From a virus, in IMG/VR virus record IMGVR_UViG_3300029286_000024, positions 1-64,000 of that record: a stretch of DNA of 64,000 bases; one strand, written 5' to 3'. The translations under genes and the position numbers were made by a program. The notes below the pieces were generated by a model. That model saw nothing but the letters and a program-made list of their open reading frames with translations, ran no database searches and had not been told where the DNA came from. Positions 9,998 to 20,751 of this stretch are shown one piece after another; the first letter of the stretch is position 1, and each line of letters opens with the position of its first letter.

Positions 9998-10567
9998 ATG
10001 AAAATGAAATATCAAATTATTCTTTCCGATCCCCCATGGAAACAGAAAAAAGGCGGGAAAAGAAATTGCCGCCCCCATCAAGGATTTACTCTCGACTATC
10101 CAACCTTGTCTGTTGATAACATCTTCGATATCCATGACCAAATAGTTAATAATTGCTGCGAACCTAAACATACCTTCTTTATATGGACAATAGATAAGTT
10201 TTTACACGAATGCGAAGAAAAAATGAATGAAAGAAAATATAAGCTTCATGCCAGACTTATTTGGGATAAGGAAAATGGAGTTGCCCCTGCTTTTACTATC
10301 CGCTATTCCCACGAATACCTTTTATGGTTCTATAAACCTTCCATGATCCCTATCGCTAAAAATATGAGAGGAAAATATACAACCGTTCTTAGGGAAAAAT
10401 CAACGTACCATAGCCATAAGCCAGAAATAGCCCATCAATTTATAGAAGATCTATACCCCGATACAAATAAGCTTGAATTATTTGCCAGACAAAAAAGAAC
10501 AGGATGGGATGTATGGGGAAAAGGTGTCAAAGGCAAAGACATTAGAGGAGTATGGATTGAAAGCTAA
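9998..10567 (+). CDS. MT-A70 family N6-adenine methyltransferase
   Basis: IILSDPPW catalytic motif, IWDK, HSHKPE, KLELFARQ…GWDVWG. Confidence 0.9.
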   Translation: MKMKYQIILSDPPWKQKKGGKRNCRPHQGFTLDYPTLSVDNIFDIHDQIVNNCCEPKHTFFIWTIDKFLHECEEKMNERKYKLHARLIWDKENGVAPAFTIRYSHEYLLWFYKPSMIPIAKNMRGKYTTVLREKSTYHSHKPEIAHQFIEDLYPDTNKLELFARQKRTGWDVWGKGVKGKDIRGVWIES

Positions 10568-11156
10568 ACTTTATTATTTTTTTGGTGCCATGGGATCAAC
10601 CAAAACCGCCCAACTCTTAACCACCAACTTTAACTATACCGAAAAGGGACTGTCAACCTTGCTCATTACCAGCGGAAAAGATAACCGATCTGGAATAGGC
10701 TTTATTACTTCCAGAATAGGATTAACCGCCCAAGCCAATATTGTTGTTTATCCCGATACTAACCTTTTTACCGCCATTGAAAACGAAACTAAAATAAGTA
10801 AAATAAATGTAATCCTAGTTGATGAAATTCAGTTTTTTACCCCACAACAAATAGATCAACTAGGCGATGTTGTGGATTATCTAGAAATTTCAGTCCTTTG
10901 CTATGGATTAAAAACTGATTTTCAGTCCCACTTTTTTCCGGCAACCCAACGACTTATGGAAATAGCCGATAGCATTACCGAAATTAAAACCATATGCCAT
11001 TGTGGAAAGAAAGCTACCTATAATGCTAGGGTTCACAACGGCAAAATAGTAACAGAGGGCCAACAGATTCTAACCGGCGGAAATGAAACCTATGTCGCCG
11101 TTTGTAGAAGATGCTGGAAACAAGGACTCATAAAACAATTACAAAAACCAGAATAA
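10557..11156 (+). CDS. tdk: Thymidine kinase (TK1-type)
   Basis: KLYYFFGAMGSTKT P-loop, ILVDEIQF, YGLKTDF, IKTICHCG…YVAVCRRC Zn site; likely TTG start at 10557 after AGGAG. Confidence 0.93.
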   Translation: MKAKLYYFFGAMGSTKTAQLLTTNFNYTEKGLSTLLITSGKDNRSGIGFITSRIGLTAQANIVVYPDTNLFTAIENETKISKINVILVDEIQFFTPQQIDQLGDVVDYLEISVLCYGLKTDFQSHFFPATQRLMEIADSITEIKTICHCGKKATYNARVHNGKIVTEGQQILTGGNETYVAVCRRCWKQGLIKQLQKPE

Positions 11157-11654
11157 TTTTTTCCAATCAAAACTAGATGGTTTTTCCACTATCTTTTCAT
11201 CGGGTTTAAGTTTTGGATTCTCAAATTGAACCCTTACAAAATGATCGCATTCATACATGGTCGGAACCTCTAAATCCCCCTGCATCTTTATTAATTTTTC
11301 AGGAGGAAGCTTCGTATTAGTCTTATTCCTCTCTAAACATACCGCCAAAGGAGTATCAATATAAACGATTCTTGTTTCTGTTGCATATTCTTTACCAATA
11401 TCCAAGAACAACTTACGGATATAACGAGTATGATTAATCCCATCTAAAATGACATTAACCCCTTGACTCAATAGAATACGAATACAGGAATCCGTAATCG
11501 TCCATATAACAGGATTTGCCGCATCCGAATATTGATTTCCAAGAATATTCTCACGTATCCAATCATTACTAATAACAATATCATTCTTATCCTTGTTATT
11601 AATAATCCATGTGCTTTTACCACTTCTCGGCATTCCTACTACTAGTGTAATCAT
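11139..11654 (-). CDS. AAA_33 / polynucleotide-kinase-like P-loop kinase
   Basis: VGMPRSGKSTW, ISNDWIRE, VILDGIN, CLERN. Confidence 0.82.
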   Translation of the reverse strand: MITLVVGMPRSGKSTWIINNKDKNDIVISNDWIRENILGNQYSDAANPVIWTITDSCIRILLSQGVNVILDGINHTRYIRKLFLDIGKEYATETRIVYIDTPLAVCLERNKTNTKLPPEKLIKMQGDLEVPTMYECDHFVRVQFENPKLKPDEKIVEKPSSFDWKKLFWFL

Positions 11655-12469
11655 TTGCCCTCCTCAATAGCTTTTTTGTAAAGCTCCTCAACGTATTTCA
11701 TATGTTTTGGCTCTTGAACTCTTCCCCCTGTATTTAGTCGAAGGAAATAAAGATATTTGTCGGACAGTTTTACCCGCTCTTCTTTGAGATCAGCAATGGA
11801 AATAGGATGACGCTCAAACTGGTCCTGATCCCTATAAGTAAGGTCTTTGAAATATTTCCCGTTAAACTTGAATCGGCTTTCATAAAACTCAGTCAAGGCA
11901 ATAATACGCTGCTTCCCATCCAATACTTCGTAAGAGGGAGAATGATCCTTGAATGGCAAAGCAACAAATACGAACTTGCCAATATCCACATGCATATAGA
12001 TAGAAGAAATAAGTTTGGTCTTATCGTCCATAGTCCATATGTTGCCTCTCTGATAATCGGGACTCATATCTAAGCCGAAATGATAAACCCTCGTAAAAAT
12101 AGAACTCAAGTCCATCTGAGAGAAGCTAAGACGAAGCGTATCTTCTTGAGTATAATTTTCCATAGAATTCAATTCTTCAAGAGTATGATATGGACAAATA
12201 TCAAACCAAGCCACATACATATCTCTTTCACTATCAATTATTTTCCCGTAATGGTTGTCTTTACAATTCTGATGCAGCTTATAGATTTTTCCACCGTCTA
12301 TAACCTCCGTAATAACTGATTTAGCAATGTTACCCATCTGAACCCTCTGCCCAACTTCATAACGAACATAGTTGGGAGGTTCAGGAATATAATGTTCTTC
12401 TCTCAATTCACGAAGTTGTCTTTTTAATCCATCTGCTTCACGATCTTCTATCACTTTATTTCTTTTCAT
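11651..12469 (-). CDS. DUF262 (ParB/GmrS N-terminal-like) domain protein
   Basis: PDYQRGNIW…LISSI…IG…EVLDGKQRIIAL…FLRLNTGG. Confidence 0.8.
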   Translation of the reverse strand: MKRNKVIEDREADGLKRQLRELREEHYIPEPPNYVRYEVGQRVQMGNIAKSVITEVIDGGKIYKLHQNCKDNHYGKIIDSERDMYVAWFDICPYHTLEELNSMENYTQEDTLRLSFSQMDLSSIFTRVYHFGLDMSPDYQRGNIWTMDDKTKLISSIYMHVDIGKFVFVALPFKDHSPSYEVLDGKQRIIALTEFYESRFKFNGKYFKDLTYRDQDQFERHPISIADLKEERVKLSDKYLYFLRLNTGGRVQEPKHMKYVEELYKKAIEEGK

Positions 12470-12478
12470 TTGCCCCTT

Positions 12479-13321
12479 TCATTTATATATTGAATGCTTC
12501 TTGTATTTAATCACTCCATTTTTAATATCAAAAATAGAATAATGTAAATCAAATCCTACTTGACCACCCTGAACACAAAGAGTTTTACCCTCTTGTTGAC
12601 ACCATTTATGACCATTATACTCCGGAGACTCATGAATATGTCCATGAATCGTAAGAAGAGGCTGATACTCCTGAATGAATTTGTAAACAGCCTTGCTACC
12701 AACCCTAGCCCCATGCGAACAAACATCTAAAAATAAATCGGAAGGAGGCGCATGAATAAGCCATATGCTCCTGCCCATATGTTTAACCTTGGCCGCTACT
12801 TTTACCAAGGACTCCCATATGCTCTCCTGCTCTTCCATATACTTAAAATAATCCTTAATAGGCTCAAATTGATTAGAAGCATTAATCAAAAGAGGTTTGC
12901 CATATTGACTAGGATTAATTCTAAGACTATCTTTAAATTCTCCACGGCACCAGAATTTATAACCAAAGGGATAATCGGGGACATAAGGCATACCGGCAAA
13001 TTCATAACCCTTTATCTTAACAACTTCCCCCGCCATGTAATACCAAAGACTTTTTTTGTGTCCTTTTTCCATTTCAGGGATTAAAAGCTGATTATCGTCG
13101 TTCCCCAATAAAAACAAAAATTGAGTACCTGTATCTTTGATTTGTTGAGCATACTTGTTAAAACGGGTAATAAATGAGAGTTGAGAGGTAATTCCTTTAT
13201 CTTTGGGGAAAATATCGCCATTCAAAATTACCACATCAAATTTCTGTTTTTGACAAAGTTTGACTGCTTCCTCCCACTTGGAAATCATCTGGTGAATATC
13301 GGATATCGCTACTATTTTCAT
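12479..13321 (-). CDS. Calcineurin-like metallophosphoesterase
   Basis: SDIH, GD, GNDD, HAPP, HGHIHES motifs. Confidence 0.88.
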   Translation of the reverse strand: MKIVAISDIHQMISKWEEAVKLCQKQKFDVVILNGDIFPKDKGITSQLSFITRFNKYAQQIKDTGTQFLFLLGNDDNQLLIPEMEKGHKKSLWYYMAGEVVKIKGYEFAGMPYVPDYPFGYKFWCRGEFKDSLRINPSQYGKPLLINASNQFEPIKDYFKYMEEQESIWESLVKVAAKVKHMGRSIWLIHAPPSDLFLDVCSHGARVGSKAVYKFIQEYQPLLTIHGHIHESPEYNGHKWCQQEGKTLCVQGGQVGFDLHYSIFDIKNGVIKYKKHSIYK

Positions 13322-13893
13322 AGGTCTTCAATATTTTCGTATTTTCGTTTCCAATAAGGTTTCATGTTTCTCTTAAACTCTTCTCTTGCTTTCTTAAACA
13401 ATATTCCCTCTTTATGTCCACTCTTGATTTCGCCCCACATATTGGCAAGACATACCACCTGTTTTGATGTTAACAAATTGAGTTGATGTTGTGACCAAAG
13501 CCTCATTAAAATAGAGTGAGCAAATTTACCCCAAGAAGATCCCGATTGATTAACTTCTTTTAGAAAATCTACTAGCCACTTAACTTCCATACATTTCTTA
13601 AAGAAATACTTTCTGTCTTGTCGTTTACTATTTCTTTCCTCCAAAGTGGTCAATTCTAAAGCCCTTGCCACAAAAGGTCGCATTCTAGGATTCCTATAAG
13701 TTACGATAGTTGATAGAAAAATTATATAAGGATGATCAAATTCATTAACGTGTTCTATAGAATATCCCGAATATTTACCAAAAGCTAAGATCATTTCTCC
13801 CGGATTAGCTGGACGAACAGGATGAGAGGCTTTTACAAGTTCCCCTTCTATTCTACCAAATCTATATATGGGCTGATCTACATATCCTTTCAT
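13318..13893 (-). CDS. Hypothetical protein with FGKY motif; first gene of the minus-strand operon
   Basis: LAFGKYSG…I..V…YI.FL; ATGA overlap with the downstream gene; sigma70-like TTGATT…TATGAT just upstream (13900-13927). Confidence 0.6.
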   Translation of the reverse strand: MKGYVDQPIYRFGRIEGELVKASHPVRPANPGEMILAFGKYSGYSIEHVNEFDHPYIIFLSTIVTYRNPRMRPFVARALELTTLEERNSKRQDRKYFFKKCMEVKWLVDFLKEVNQSGSSWGKFAHSILMRLWSQHQLNLLTSKQVVCLANMWGEIKSGHKEGILFKKAREEFKRNMKPYWKRKYENIEDL

Positions 13894-13996
13894 TTTAACA
13901 TCATAACGGATTTAAAGTAAAAATCAAGGAAAACTTCGAGAAGGAATAAAATATGTTTTATGAGAAATACTAATCAAATTGCAAAAGGAGACCCAA

Positions 13997-14194
13997 ATGA
14001 AGATCAAAATCAGCAAAACTCAGTGGGAAGAAATGGGTAAGTTGGCCGGTTGGTTGTCTGAAGCCAAGAAAAAGGGGAAGAAAGTAAATCCTTGGGCCGT
14101 TTGCCACACGACGGTTGATAAAGATAAAGACCCTGCCAAATACGAAAGATGTGTCATGGATGTTAAAAAGAAACATCCTATCAAAAAAGATTAA
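13997..14194 (+). CDS. Small basic protein with MKIKISKTQWEEMGKLAGW tag and VNPWAVC…KYERCV motif
   Basis: SD AAGGAG before ATG 13997; AAGG-N19-GAA at 13941-13966. Confidence 0.72.
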   Translation: MKIKISKTQWEEMGKLAGWLSEAKKKGKKVNPWAVCHTTVDKDKDPAKYERCVMDVKKKHPIKKD

Positions 14195-14216
14195 CAACCT
14201 AAATTTTGCGAAGATA

Positions 14217-14780
14217 ATGAATTCCACTATCATAACCTGTCCTGATTGCGGATATCAATCCCAACAGGAAAGCTTTCAAAAAAGTAACTTTCAGCTTTTT
14301 TATTGTCCGGAATGTGGATATAAATGGATTCCTAAGTCCAGCATCTTTGACGAAGTTCCACCTGTTCAAAGATCAATGAGTTACGCTTCTTCAAAAATGC
14401 CGCTACCACAACCCGAATACCAACTTGAAAAAAGCGGATTACTCTATGATATCAACGGTAACGATGTGTTCACCATAAAAGAACTTTTATACTTTAATGT
14501 TCCGGTATTTAAGTCTATTCAACAGGCTAATGAATTTTTAAATCAATTAGAACATGACGGAAAAAGAAATCCCAAAGGTAGAAAATTTGGAAGAGTCCCA
14601 GAAGAAGATCTGTTAGAGAAAATCAAAAAAGAAAGAGACGATCTTACTGATAAGGTTAGGAAAAACAATGAGTTTTCTCGCAAAGAAAATAGAACAAAAG
14701 AACACTTGGAAAGAAATAAACAAATTATGAAAGGGGAGTTTTACGATCTTCCTAAACGACCACAACAAGAAATCCCCTAG
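14217..14780 (+). CDS. Zn-ribbon protein
   Basis: CPDCG…CPECG; start corrected to ATG 14217 following an AAGA-N19-GAA variant (14187-14212). Confidence 0.65.
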   Translation: MNSTIITCPDCGYQSQQESFQKSNFQLFYCPECGYKWIPKSSIFDEVPPVQRSMSYASSKMPLPQPEYQLEKSGLLYDINGNDVFTIKELLYFNVPVFKSIQQANEFLNQLEHDGKRNPKGRKFGRVPEEDLLEKIKKERDDLTDKVRKNNEFSRKENRTKEHLERNKQIMKGEFYDLPKRPQQEIP

Positions 14781-15157
14781 TAATTTTCTTCGTTTATTTT
14801 GCCTGCCCTAAAAAAATAGAGAGGGCAATCTTCATTACAAAAAATTTGATTTAAAGATTTCCATGTTATACCCAATAAAGGATTAAGTTGATATTTCAGC
14901 ATAAAGTCTTTCTGCTCTTGGACCTTTCTCCTGATTACCCTCTTGTCGGGATTGTCTAAGTTTCTCGAAAAATCACAAGATCTGGCATGGTGAACAGGAA
15001 TCACAATACTCGTAATTTTTGGAAAAGAATCGAGATCTATTCCTTCATAGGTTTTAGGAGTGTCATCAGAAGCGTCAATAGGGATGGCATTCTTAATTAG
15101 TTTATGGTAAAAATAATCATAGGCAAATGGAATTTGAACTATACGGTTTTTTAACAT
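14777..15157 (-). CDS. Hypothetical protein
   Basis: Likely leaderless start MLKNRIVQ, 6 nt after GTATAAT. Confidence 0.55.
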   Translation of the reverse strand: MLKNRIVQIPFAYDYFYHKLIKNAIPIDASDDTPKTYEGIDLDSFPKITSIVIPVHHARSCDFSRNLDNPDKRVIRRKVQEQKDFMLKYQLNPLLGITWKSLNQIFCNEDCPLYFFRAGKINEENY

Positions 15158-15338
15158 AAATCTATTATACAGCATCCACGATTTTAAGAGAAGGCGAACA
15201 GCATGCAACTAAAAGATACTCGAAAGGAAAAAGAAAAAGCTTCTTACCCTAGAACAATAAGAAAATTATGAAAGGCGAATTCTACAGTTAATTCGAAATC
15301 TTTAAACCCACAGACATATTCCCTGAATTATCAATTAC

Positions 15339-17220
15339 TTACACAAACCGCATATCTCCTGTGTATGATCCGCCTAGATGCGCATAATAGGACCCCATTG
15401 GATCTGTTCCAAGCCTTTCCCAGCAATCAGTTGGAGCAACATGGCCCTTTACCGTATATAGTGAACATATATATTTGTTGTCAGAATCAGCGTACCACAC
15501 CCTGAAATCAGTTCCCGTTTGCCACCAACACGGGTATCCGTTGTAATCAGCATCAACATTATAGGTGCCAAGCGGAGTAGGTGGGTTTGGCATCGTCATG
15601 TACTGCACCATGGCCTTAATTATTGAACTTTCAGAGCTTGGCGAACTATCAGAACTTAAAGAAGAACTAGAACTACTAGAACTACTAGAACTTCTAATTT
15701 CTGTTGAACTACTAGAACTTGAAGAACTTAAAGAACTGCTACTAGAACTTGAAGAACTCAAAGACGAACTCGAAGAACTACTTTCAGAACTTAAAGAACT
15801 GCTACTAGAAACTCAAAGACGAACTCGAAGAACTACTTTCAGAACTTAAAGAAGAACTAGAACTACTAGAGCTTCTTAATTCTGTTGAACTACTAGAACT
15901 TTCAGAACTCAAAGAAGAACTAGAAGAACTGCTTTCAGAACTCAAAGAAGAACTAGAAGAACTGCTTTCGCTACTAAAAGAAGAACTTGAAGAACTGGAA
16001 GAAGAACTTGAACTAGACGAACTTCTAATTTCTGTTGAGCTACTAGAACTTGAAGAACTCAAAGAAGAACTACTTGAACTACTGGAGCTACTTAAAGACG
16101 AACTACTAGAACTTGAAGAACTCAAAGAAGAACTGGAAGAACTACTTGAAGAACTCAAAGAAGAACTGCTTGAGCTGGAAGAACTGGAACTGCTGCATTC
16201 TCCAACAGCAATAACCCCAGCTTGGTTTTCATAGGTTCCATCCGGACAACCACCATCAATAATCTTATTAGAAACCCAATTAATTTCGGCAGTTGGATAA
16301 ACTAAAGAAATAGCCCAATAATCAGCCCCTACAGTACTCAACCACAAATTATAAGTGCCATTATTAAATACCGCCTTGTCATTGTAATACGCCCCTGTCC
16401 AAGCATAAGTCCCATTAATGTTGTTTGTTGAATAACCCGTAGCGCAATAATATGGCTCACATCCCTGCAAACTACTGCTGCTCGAACTGCTTTCAGAACT
16501 TAAACTGCTGGAACTGCTTGAACTGGAAGAACTACTTCTAATTTCAGATGAACTGCTTGAGCTGGAAGAACTGCTAGAACTTTCAGAACTTGAAGAACTG
16601 GAAGAAGAACTAGATTCGCTAGAACTCGAAGAACTGCTCGAACTTTCAGAACTCGAAGAACTACTCGAAGAACTAGATTCACTTGAACTACTAGAGCTAC
16701 TAGAACTTTCAGAACTCGAAGAACTGGAAGAAGAACTTGATTCGCTAGAACCCGAAGAACTCGAAGAACTACTTGAACTACTGGATGAACTTACCGAACT
16801 ACTACTAGATGAACTTACCGAACTACTACTGGATGAACTTACCGAAGAACTAGAACTACTACTGGACGAAGAAGAATCTATCGAACTACTAGAACTATCA
16901 TCATTGTATACCGCATCTCCCGTTCCCGTTTCACCCGATGTAATGTCTTCCAAACTTTTCCAACTTGTCGTGGTTCCAAAAAGATCATTACCCAACTTCA
17001 AATAAAGCGGCTTGTTAATCGGAACACTTCCATTGGTAATATATCGACGAATGATGTAATAAGCTGCCTCATTACAATACGGCATATGGCTTAAAAAATA
17101 AACTAGATAATATTCACTGTCTTTCTGGTAAGCAGGATAACCACTAATAAATCCTATTTCATAATAAGTCCCGTTTACACCCGTATTCTCAAATGAGTTG
17201 ATATATACTTTGTTTGCCAT
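15339..17220 (-). CDS. Poly-Ser-linked multidomain protein (three NGTY…YNG-type domains), split by a frameshift at about 15810
   Basis: ORFs 15805-17220 and 15339-15761 are continuous in composition. The second copy of a ~63-nt repeat lacks 8 nt (cttgaaga) at about 15810. Confidence 0.75.
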
Positions 17221-17293
17221 ATTTATCCTCGCAAAATCATTCCCTAAATCTTAATTAATCCCTGCTAACCATTCTAAAAATCTATCATACACT

Positions 17294-17329
17294 TTCTACG
17301 CTCAAAGGGTTTCTTCCTTCAATAAAGAA
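17294..17329. promoter_or_regulatory. Overlapping divergent AAGG-N18/19-GAA motifs
   Basis: Minus copy 17294-17319 (N19) and plus copy 17305-17329 (N18). Confidence 0.62.
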
Positions 17330-17338
17330 AAATATATT

Positions 17339-17644
17339 GTGCAAATTTATAGAATAGCTATGGCAAATAAATGGATTCCGTCAATCACTAACCCGGAAAA
17401 CCAATTGCGATACATGTTTAATTGTACCCAAATTAACCAACATAGCTGGCAAATGGAGTTACTCGAATGTATGGATAATAACAACAATTGGCAACCTAAT
17501 CAAATAACACAACGATATCTGGAAAAACAAGTCGGAGCCTTAGAAGACGACTATGCCCTTTCCTTTAAATATTGCATCTATAAAGGAAAACCTTTTGTCG
17601 CTGCCTATTTTAGCAGTATTCATTATGTTTTTGAAGTATCATGA
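17339..17644 (+). CDS. Hypothetical protein, MQIYRIA tag
   Basis: 101 aa, GTG start. Confidence 0.7.
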   Translation: MQIYRIAMANKWIPSITNPENQLRYMFNCTQINQHSWQMELLECMDNNNNWQPNQITQRYLEKQVGALEDDYALSFKYCIYKGKPFVAAYFSSIHYVFEVS

Positions 17645-18168
17645 AAATATACCGACTCTCTAAAAACCCAATAATTTCCATAAACGTCGAAACTACTAAC
17701 TCCCACCATAACCAAACTGACTATCTCATGACCGCTAACCTAAATAACCTTGTCGTAGCCACTCTGGAATTCTCCGTCTATCAAGATGAACCCTATGTCA
17801 ATATGATCAAAGTAGAAGAAAAATACCAGAGACAAGGCATTGCAACACAACTACTTAGGAAGCTTCAAGAAATGTATCCGGAAACCGAAATCCACATGGG
17901 AATGTCCTCTCAAGAAGGATCTGAATTATTAAAATCTATTCCTACGAAATTTATACCCAATGAACGCCATATAGAATTAACCAAGAAAAGAAACAACCTG
18001 AAAGAAAATTTAGATAAACTGCAACATTTCCTAGATTCCGCAAATCCAAAAACACAAAGAGAAGAAATGTTATCCCAAGGAGAAAAGTGGAATCAAATCC
18101 ATGACCAACTCTATGAAATCGAAAAAGAATTAGAGAATATGAAAAGCGGAAAAACAATTATTCTTTAG
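17641..18168 (+). CDS. GNAT-family acetyltransferase, MKIYRLS tag
   Basis: VNMIKVEEKYQRQGIATQLL (motif A) followed by S.EG..L. Confidence 0.8.
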   Translation: MKIYRLSKNPIISINVETTNSHHNQTDYLMTANLNNLVVATLEFSVYQDEPYVNMIKVEEKYQRQGIATQLLRKLQEMYPETEIHMGMSSQEGSELLKSIPTKFIPNERHIELTKKRNNLKENLDKLQHFLDSANPKTQREEMLSQGEKWNQIHDQLYEIEKELENMKSGKTIIL

Positions 18169-19172
18169 ATACATCCACGACCACACTTCCATACGCTTTC
18201 TTCCAACCCTGCCGGATTCTTCTGTTTTATCATCCTCAATGGCCCACCACATTTTTTGCAATGTAGTTTGGCTTTTTCTCTCATAGGATTTGCCGCTTCA
18301 GAAGTTTGTACCCCATCCGTAGGTTGCAAAGGATCAGTCTCAGAAACCAAAATAATATTTTTGACCCTTCTCGAAGTTACAGGATGAACAGACTGGCTTC
18401 CCGTATAATAAGGACATTCTTCCATATGATGCGCATTACTCCCGCATAATTCACACATTGGCTCTGCTACTGGTTCTACTTTCTTTGCTTTGCTACCCAT
18501 CCATCCGTCAATAATCCGATTAACTGTTTGTTGTGTTTCTGCGTAATTTTCCACGTTTAAAGGAACATACTTCGTCTCCGCATACTGATCATTCATCGTT
18601 TCATTGTCGTAATACTTTTCAACGGCTATCATGTTAGATCGCTCCTCAAAATAAACCTGTATGTAAGCTTCCCCTATGGCACCATCATAAAAACTAATAT
18701 CTACATGGCTCCTACCCATACGACCTTCAGGAGAAAAAGTGTATTTCCCTTTACCCTTTAATGATTCTAAAACACGAATAAAAGGAGTTAACTGTTCTTC
18801 GCTAATGGCTTTCTTTATGACGGAATGGTTCTTCCCGGTCAATTCTTGGAAACTTTTCTTTTGATTATTTAATAAAGTAGTATAATTCTTGGCTAAATAT
18901 TCCTCACATCCCGGACAGTTAATCCATACGTCAAATATTTCTTTGAGAGCTACTGTTTTTTCTTTCTTCTCTTTTTTCGTTTTTACATCATAAACTTGTT
19001 GCAAAAGAGAATCAAAAGGAATGAGTAACCCCATCGCCTTTTCATCGTAAGGTAAAGTCATCGAAAAATCAGCTTCGGTTTTAGGTGGATGTATGATGTT
19101 CTTGATGTCCTTCATCCACCCAGCCTGCTTTCCCATCGCTTCCCATTGAGATTTATTAATGGTAATTTTCAT
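18165..19172 (-). CDS. Hypothetical protein with QWEAMGKQAGW tag and Zn-binding motifs
   Basis: CPGC, CELCGSNAHHMEECP (Zn knuckle-like), CKKCGG…WKCGRGC. Confidence 0.72.
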   Translation of the reverse strand: MKITINKSQWEAMGKQAGWMKDIKNIIHPPKTEADFSMTLPYDEKAMGLLIPFDSLLQQVYDVKTKKEKKEKTVALKEIFDVWINCPGCEEYLAKNYTTLLNNQKKSFQELTGKNHSVIKKAISEEQLTPFIRVLESLKGKGKYTFSPEGRMGRSHVDISFYDGAIGEAYIQVYFEERSNMIAVEKYYDNETMNDQYAETKYVPLNVENYAETQQTVNRIIDGWMGSKAKKVEPVAEPMCELCGSNAHHMEECPYYTGSQSVHPVTSRRVKNIILVSETDPLQPTDGVQTSEAANPMREKAKLHCKKCGGPLRMIKQKNPAGLEESVWKCGRGCI

Positions 19173-19173
19173 T

Positions 19174-20217
19174 TTAAGGAGTTACCGGCAAACCACCTTC
19201 TATTTTTAATGTGCCGTCACCAAGGGCTTGAGTAATTAACCAAACAATGTCTTCCCCCTCAACACAACTGTTTTTATAACAAGAAATACGTCCTGCCCGT
19301 GACCCCTTTCGAAGTTGTATCCTTCCTACTTCTATTCCATTAACTTTTACGACTTTATGCATCCACCAATAAGGAGCACCAAAAGAACCACCACGTTGCC
19401 ATTCCCCATTTATAAATTCAGCCTTCCTAGCTAATTCTTCAGCTTTCCCACGGTTACTAGATTGAGCCGTTTCGTTTTTCATGGTATCTAAAGCGTTTTG
19501 AAAAGCACTGGGCTCATTACTCATCAGATAAAATGGATGCCCGTTAGGTCTCTTAAATTCAATAACCCCAGAAGGTTGAATGTTGATCTTGTATCCAGTC
19601 TCATCCGCTACTTTTTGTACCTCAGAAGGAATAACCACATTAGCTTTCTTCACCAATTTAATACTTTTTACATTACCAATTAAACTGCTCGTATCCCTAG
19701 GATTTCTGGGATTAATCTCCGTCTGTCCCATCGTCGGAGGAGGTTGTGGCAAAGCAGGTTGACTCTTCGGTAACGCTTCTTGAGGACGAACAAAATTATC
19801 CTTGGGTTGATTAACTGATTTCGCAGCATTTAACCTGTCAAAATATCCCATACTCCGTAATTCTTCTTTTGCCGGTTCATCCCAATTTGCAGGAGAATTG
19901 TTTTCAATGTTATAAGCATAATCCACTGCCTCTTCATTATCTTCGGGAAACTTAATCGCTAATTCATAATAAGTTCCAAAATCATGAGGATTCGATTTCT
20001 TGACAAATGAAACTACCCCTTGTAAATTTTCTGGAATAGGAAACATTCTCTGTAATTGATGCATGTAAGCCTTGATCTCCATAATCGCTAAATCATAGTA
20101 ATCTTCCGTGCCTACTTGTGCACAGGATTCATCGTTTGGAGTCGATCCAATCTCTAACTTTTCATAGCGAGAAAGCATTTGCCCCACTTTAAGTAATTTG
20201 ATATTGATAATCTTCAT
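19174..20217 (-). CDS. Hypothetical two-domain protein
   Basis: 347 aa; N-terminal MKIINIKLLKVG and internal IKLVKKA tag-like segments. Confidence 0.72.
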   Translation of the reverse strand: MKIINIKLLKVGQMLSRYEKLEIGSTPNDESCAQVGTEDYYDLAIMEIKAYMHQLQRMFPIPENLQGVVSFVKKSNPHDFGTYYELAIKFPEDNEEAVDYAYNIENNSPANWDEPAKEELRSMGYFDRLNAAKSVNQPKDNFVRPQEALPKSQPALPQPPPTMGQTEINPRNPRDTSSLIGNVKSIKLVKKANVVIPSEVQKVADETGYKINIQPSGVIEFKRPNGHPFYLMSNEPSAFQNALDTMKNETAQSSNRGKAEELARKAEFINGEWQRGGSFGAPYWWMHKVVKVNGIEVGRIQLRKGSRAGRISCYKNSCVEGEDIVWLITQALGDGTLKIEGGLPVTP

Positions 20218-20224
20218 AAACTCC

Positions 20225-20647
20225 TTATTTCTTTGCGAAAGATAATATCCATGTTAATTGATCATCCATGTTCTCTATTGCTTCCACAGCCGTTGCCCCC
20301 TCACACATCGTCAACATTTCATTCGTATCTGCTTTAAAAATATTTAAAGTAAAAAATCCCTCATTCGATCCTTCAAAAACACGAATCATTAACCCCGATA
20401 CTAAAGCCTTACTGCCCGTTTTAGTATCCATCAAAATATGATCCACCACAATTTTTCCAGCATTATCAACGGAAATTATCTTGTCATTATTTTTCCGCAA
20501 TACCTCTGCAATTTGACGAGTGTAATCTTCATTCAACATCCAATCCTCACCCGCAGTCTTTATCCATCCCGCCTGCTTTCCCATTGCTTCCCATTGAGAT
20601 TTGTTAATGGTTATTTTCATCTTCTCCTTTTTATCTTCTATGGTCAT
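20225..20647 (-). CDS. Hypothetical protein with MKITINKSQWEAMGKQAGW tag (true start probably 20620)
   Basis: SD AAGGAG precedes ATG 20620; AAGG-N18-GAA at 20706-20730(-). Confidence 0.7.
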   Translation of the reverse strand: MTIEDKKEKMKITINKSQWEAMGKQAGWIKTAGEDWMLNEDYTRQIAEVLRKNNDKIISVDNAGKIVVDHILMDTKTGSKALVSGLMIRVFEGSNEGFFTLNIFKADTNEMLTMCEGATAVEAIENMDDQLTWILSFAKK

Positions 20648-20751
20648 TTAATTTTTGCCTTATTTGTTTACTATGCCCTCACTTATATCTATTTATTATT
20701 TATTATTCATTTTTATTTCCCGTTTCCCTTTTTCTTTCGTATAATGTTAAC

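Noticed and set aside
11651-12469. Complete GmrSD type IV restriction system
   Set aside because: Only the DUF262-like domain is present; no HNH/DUF1524 partner is adjacent.
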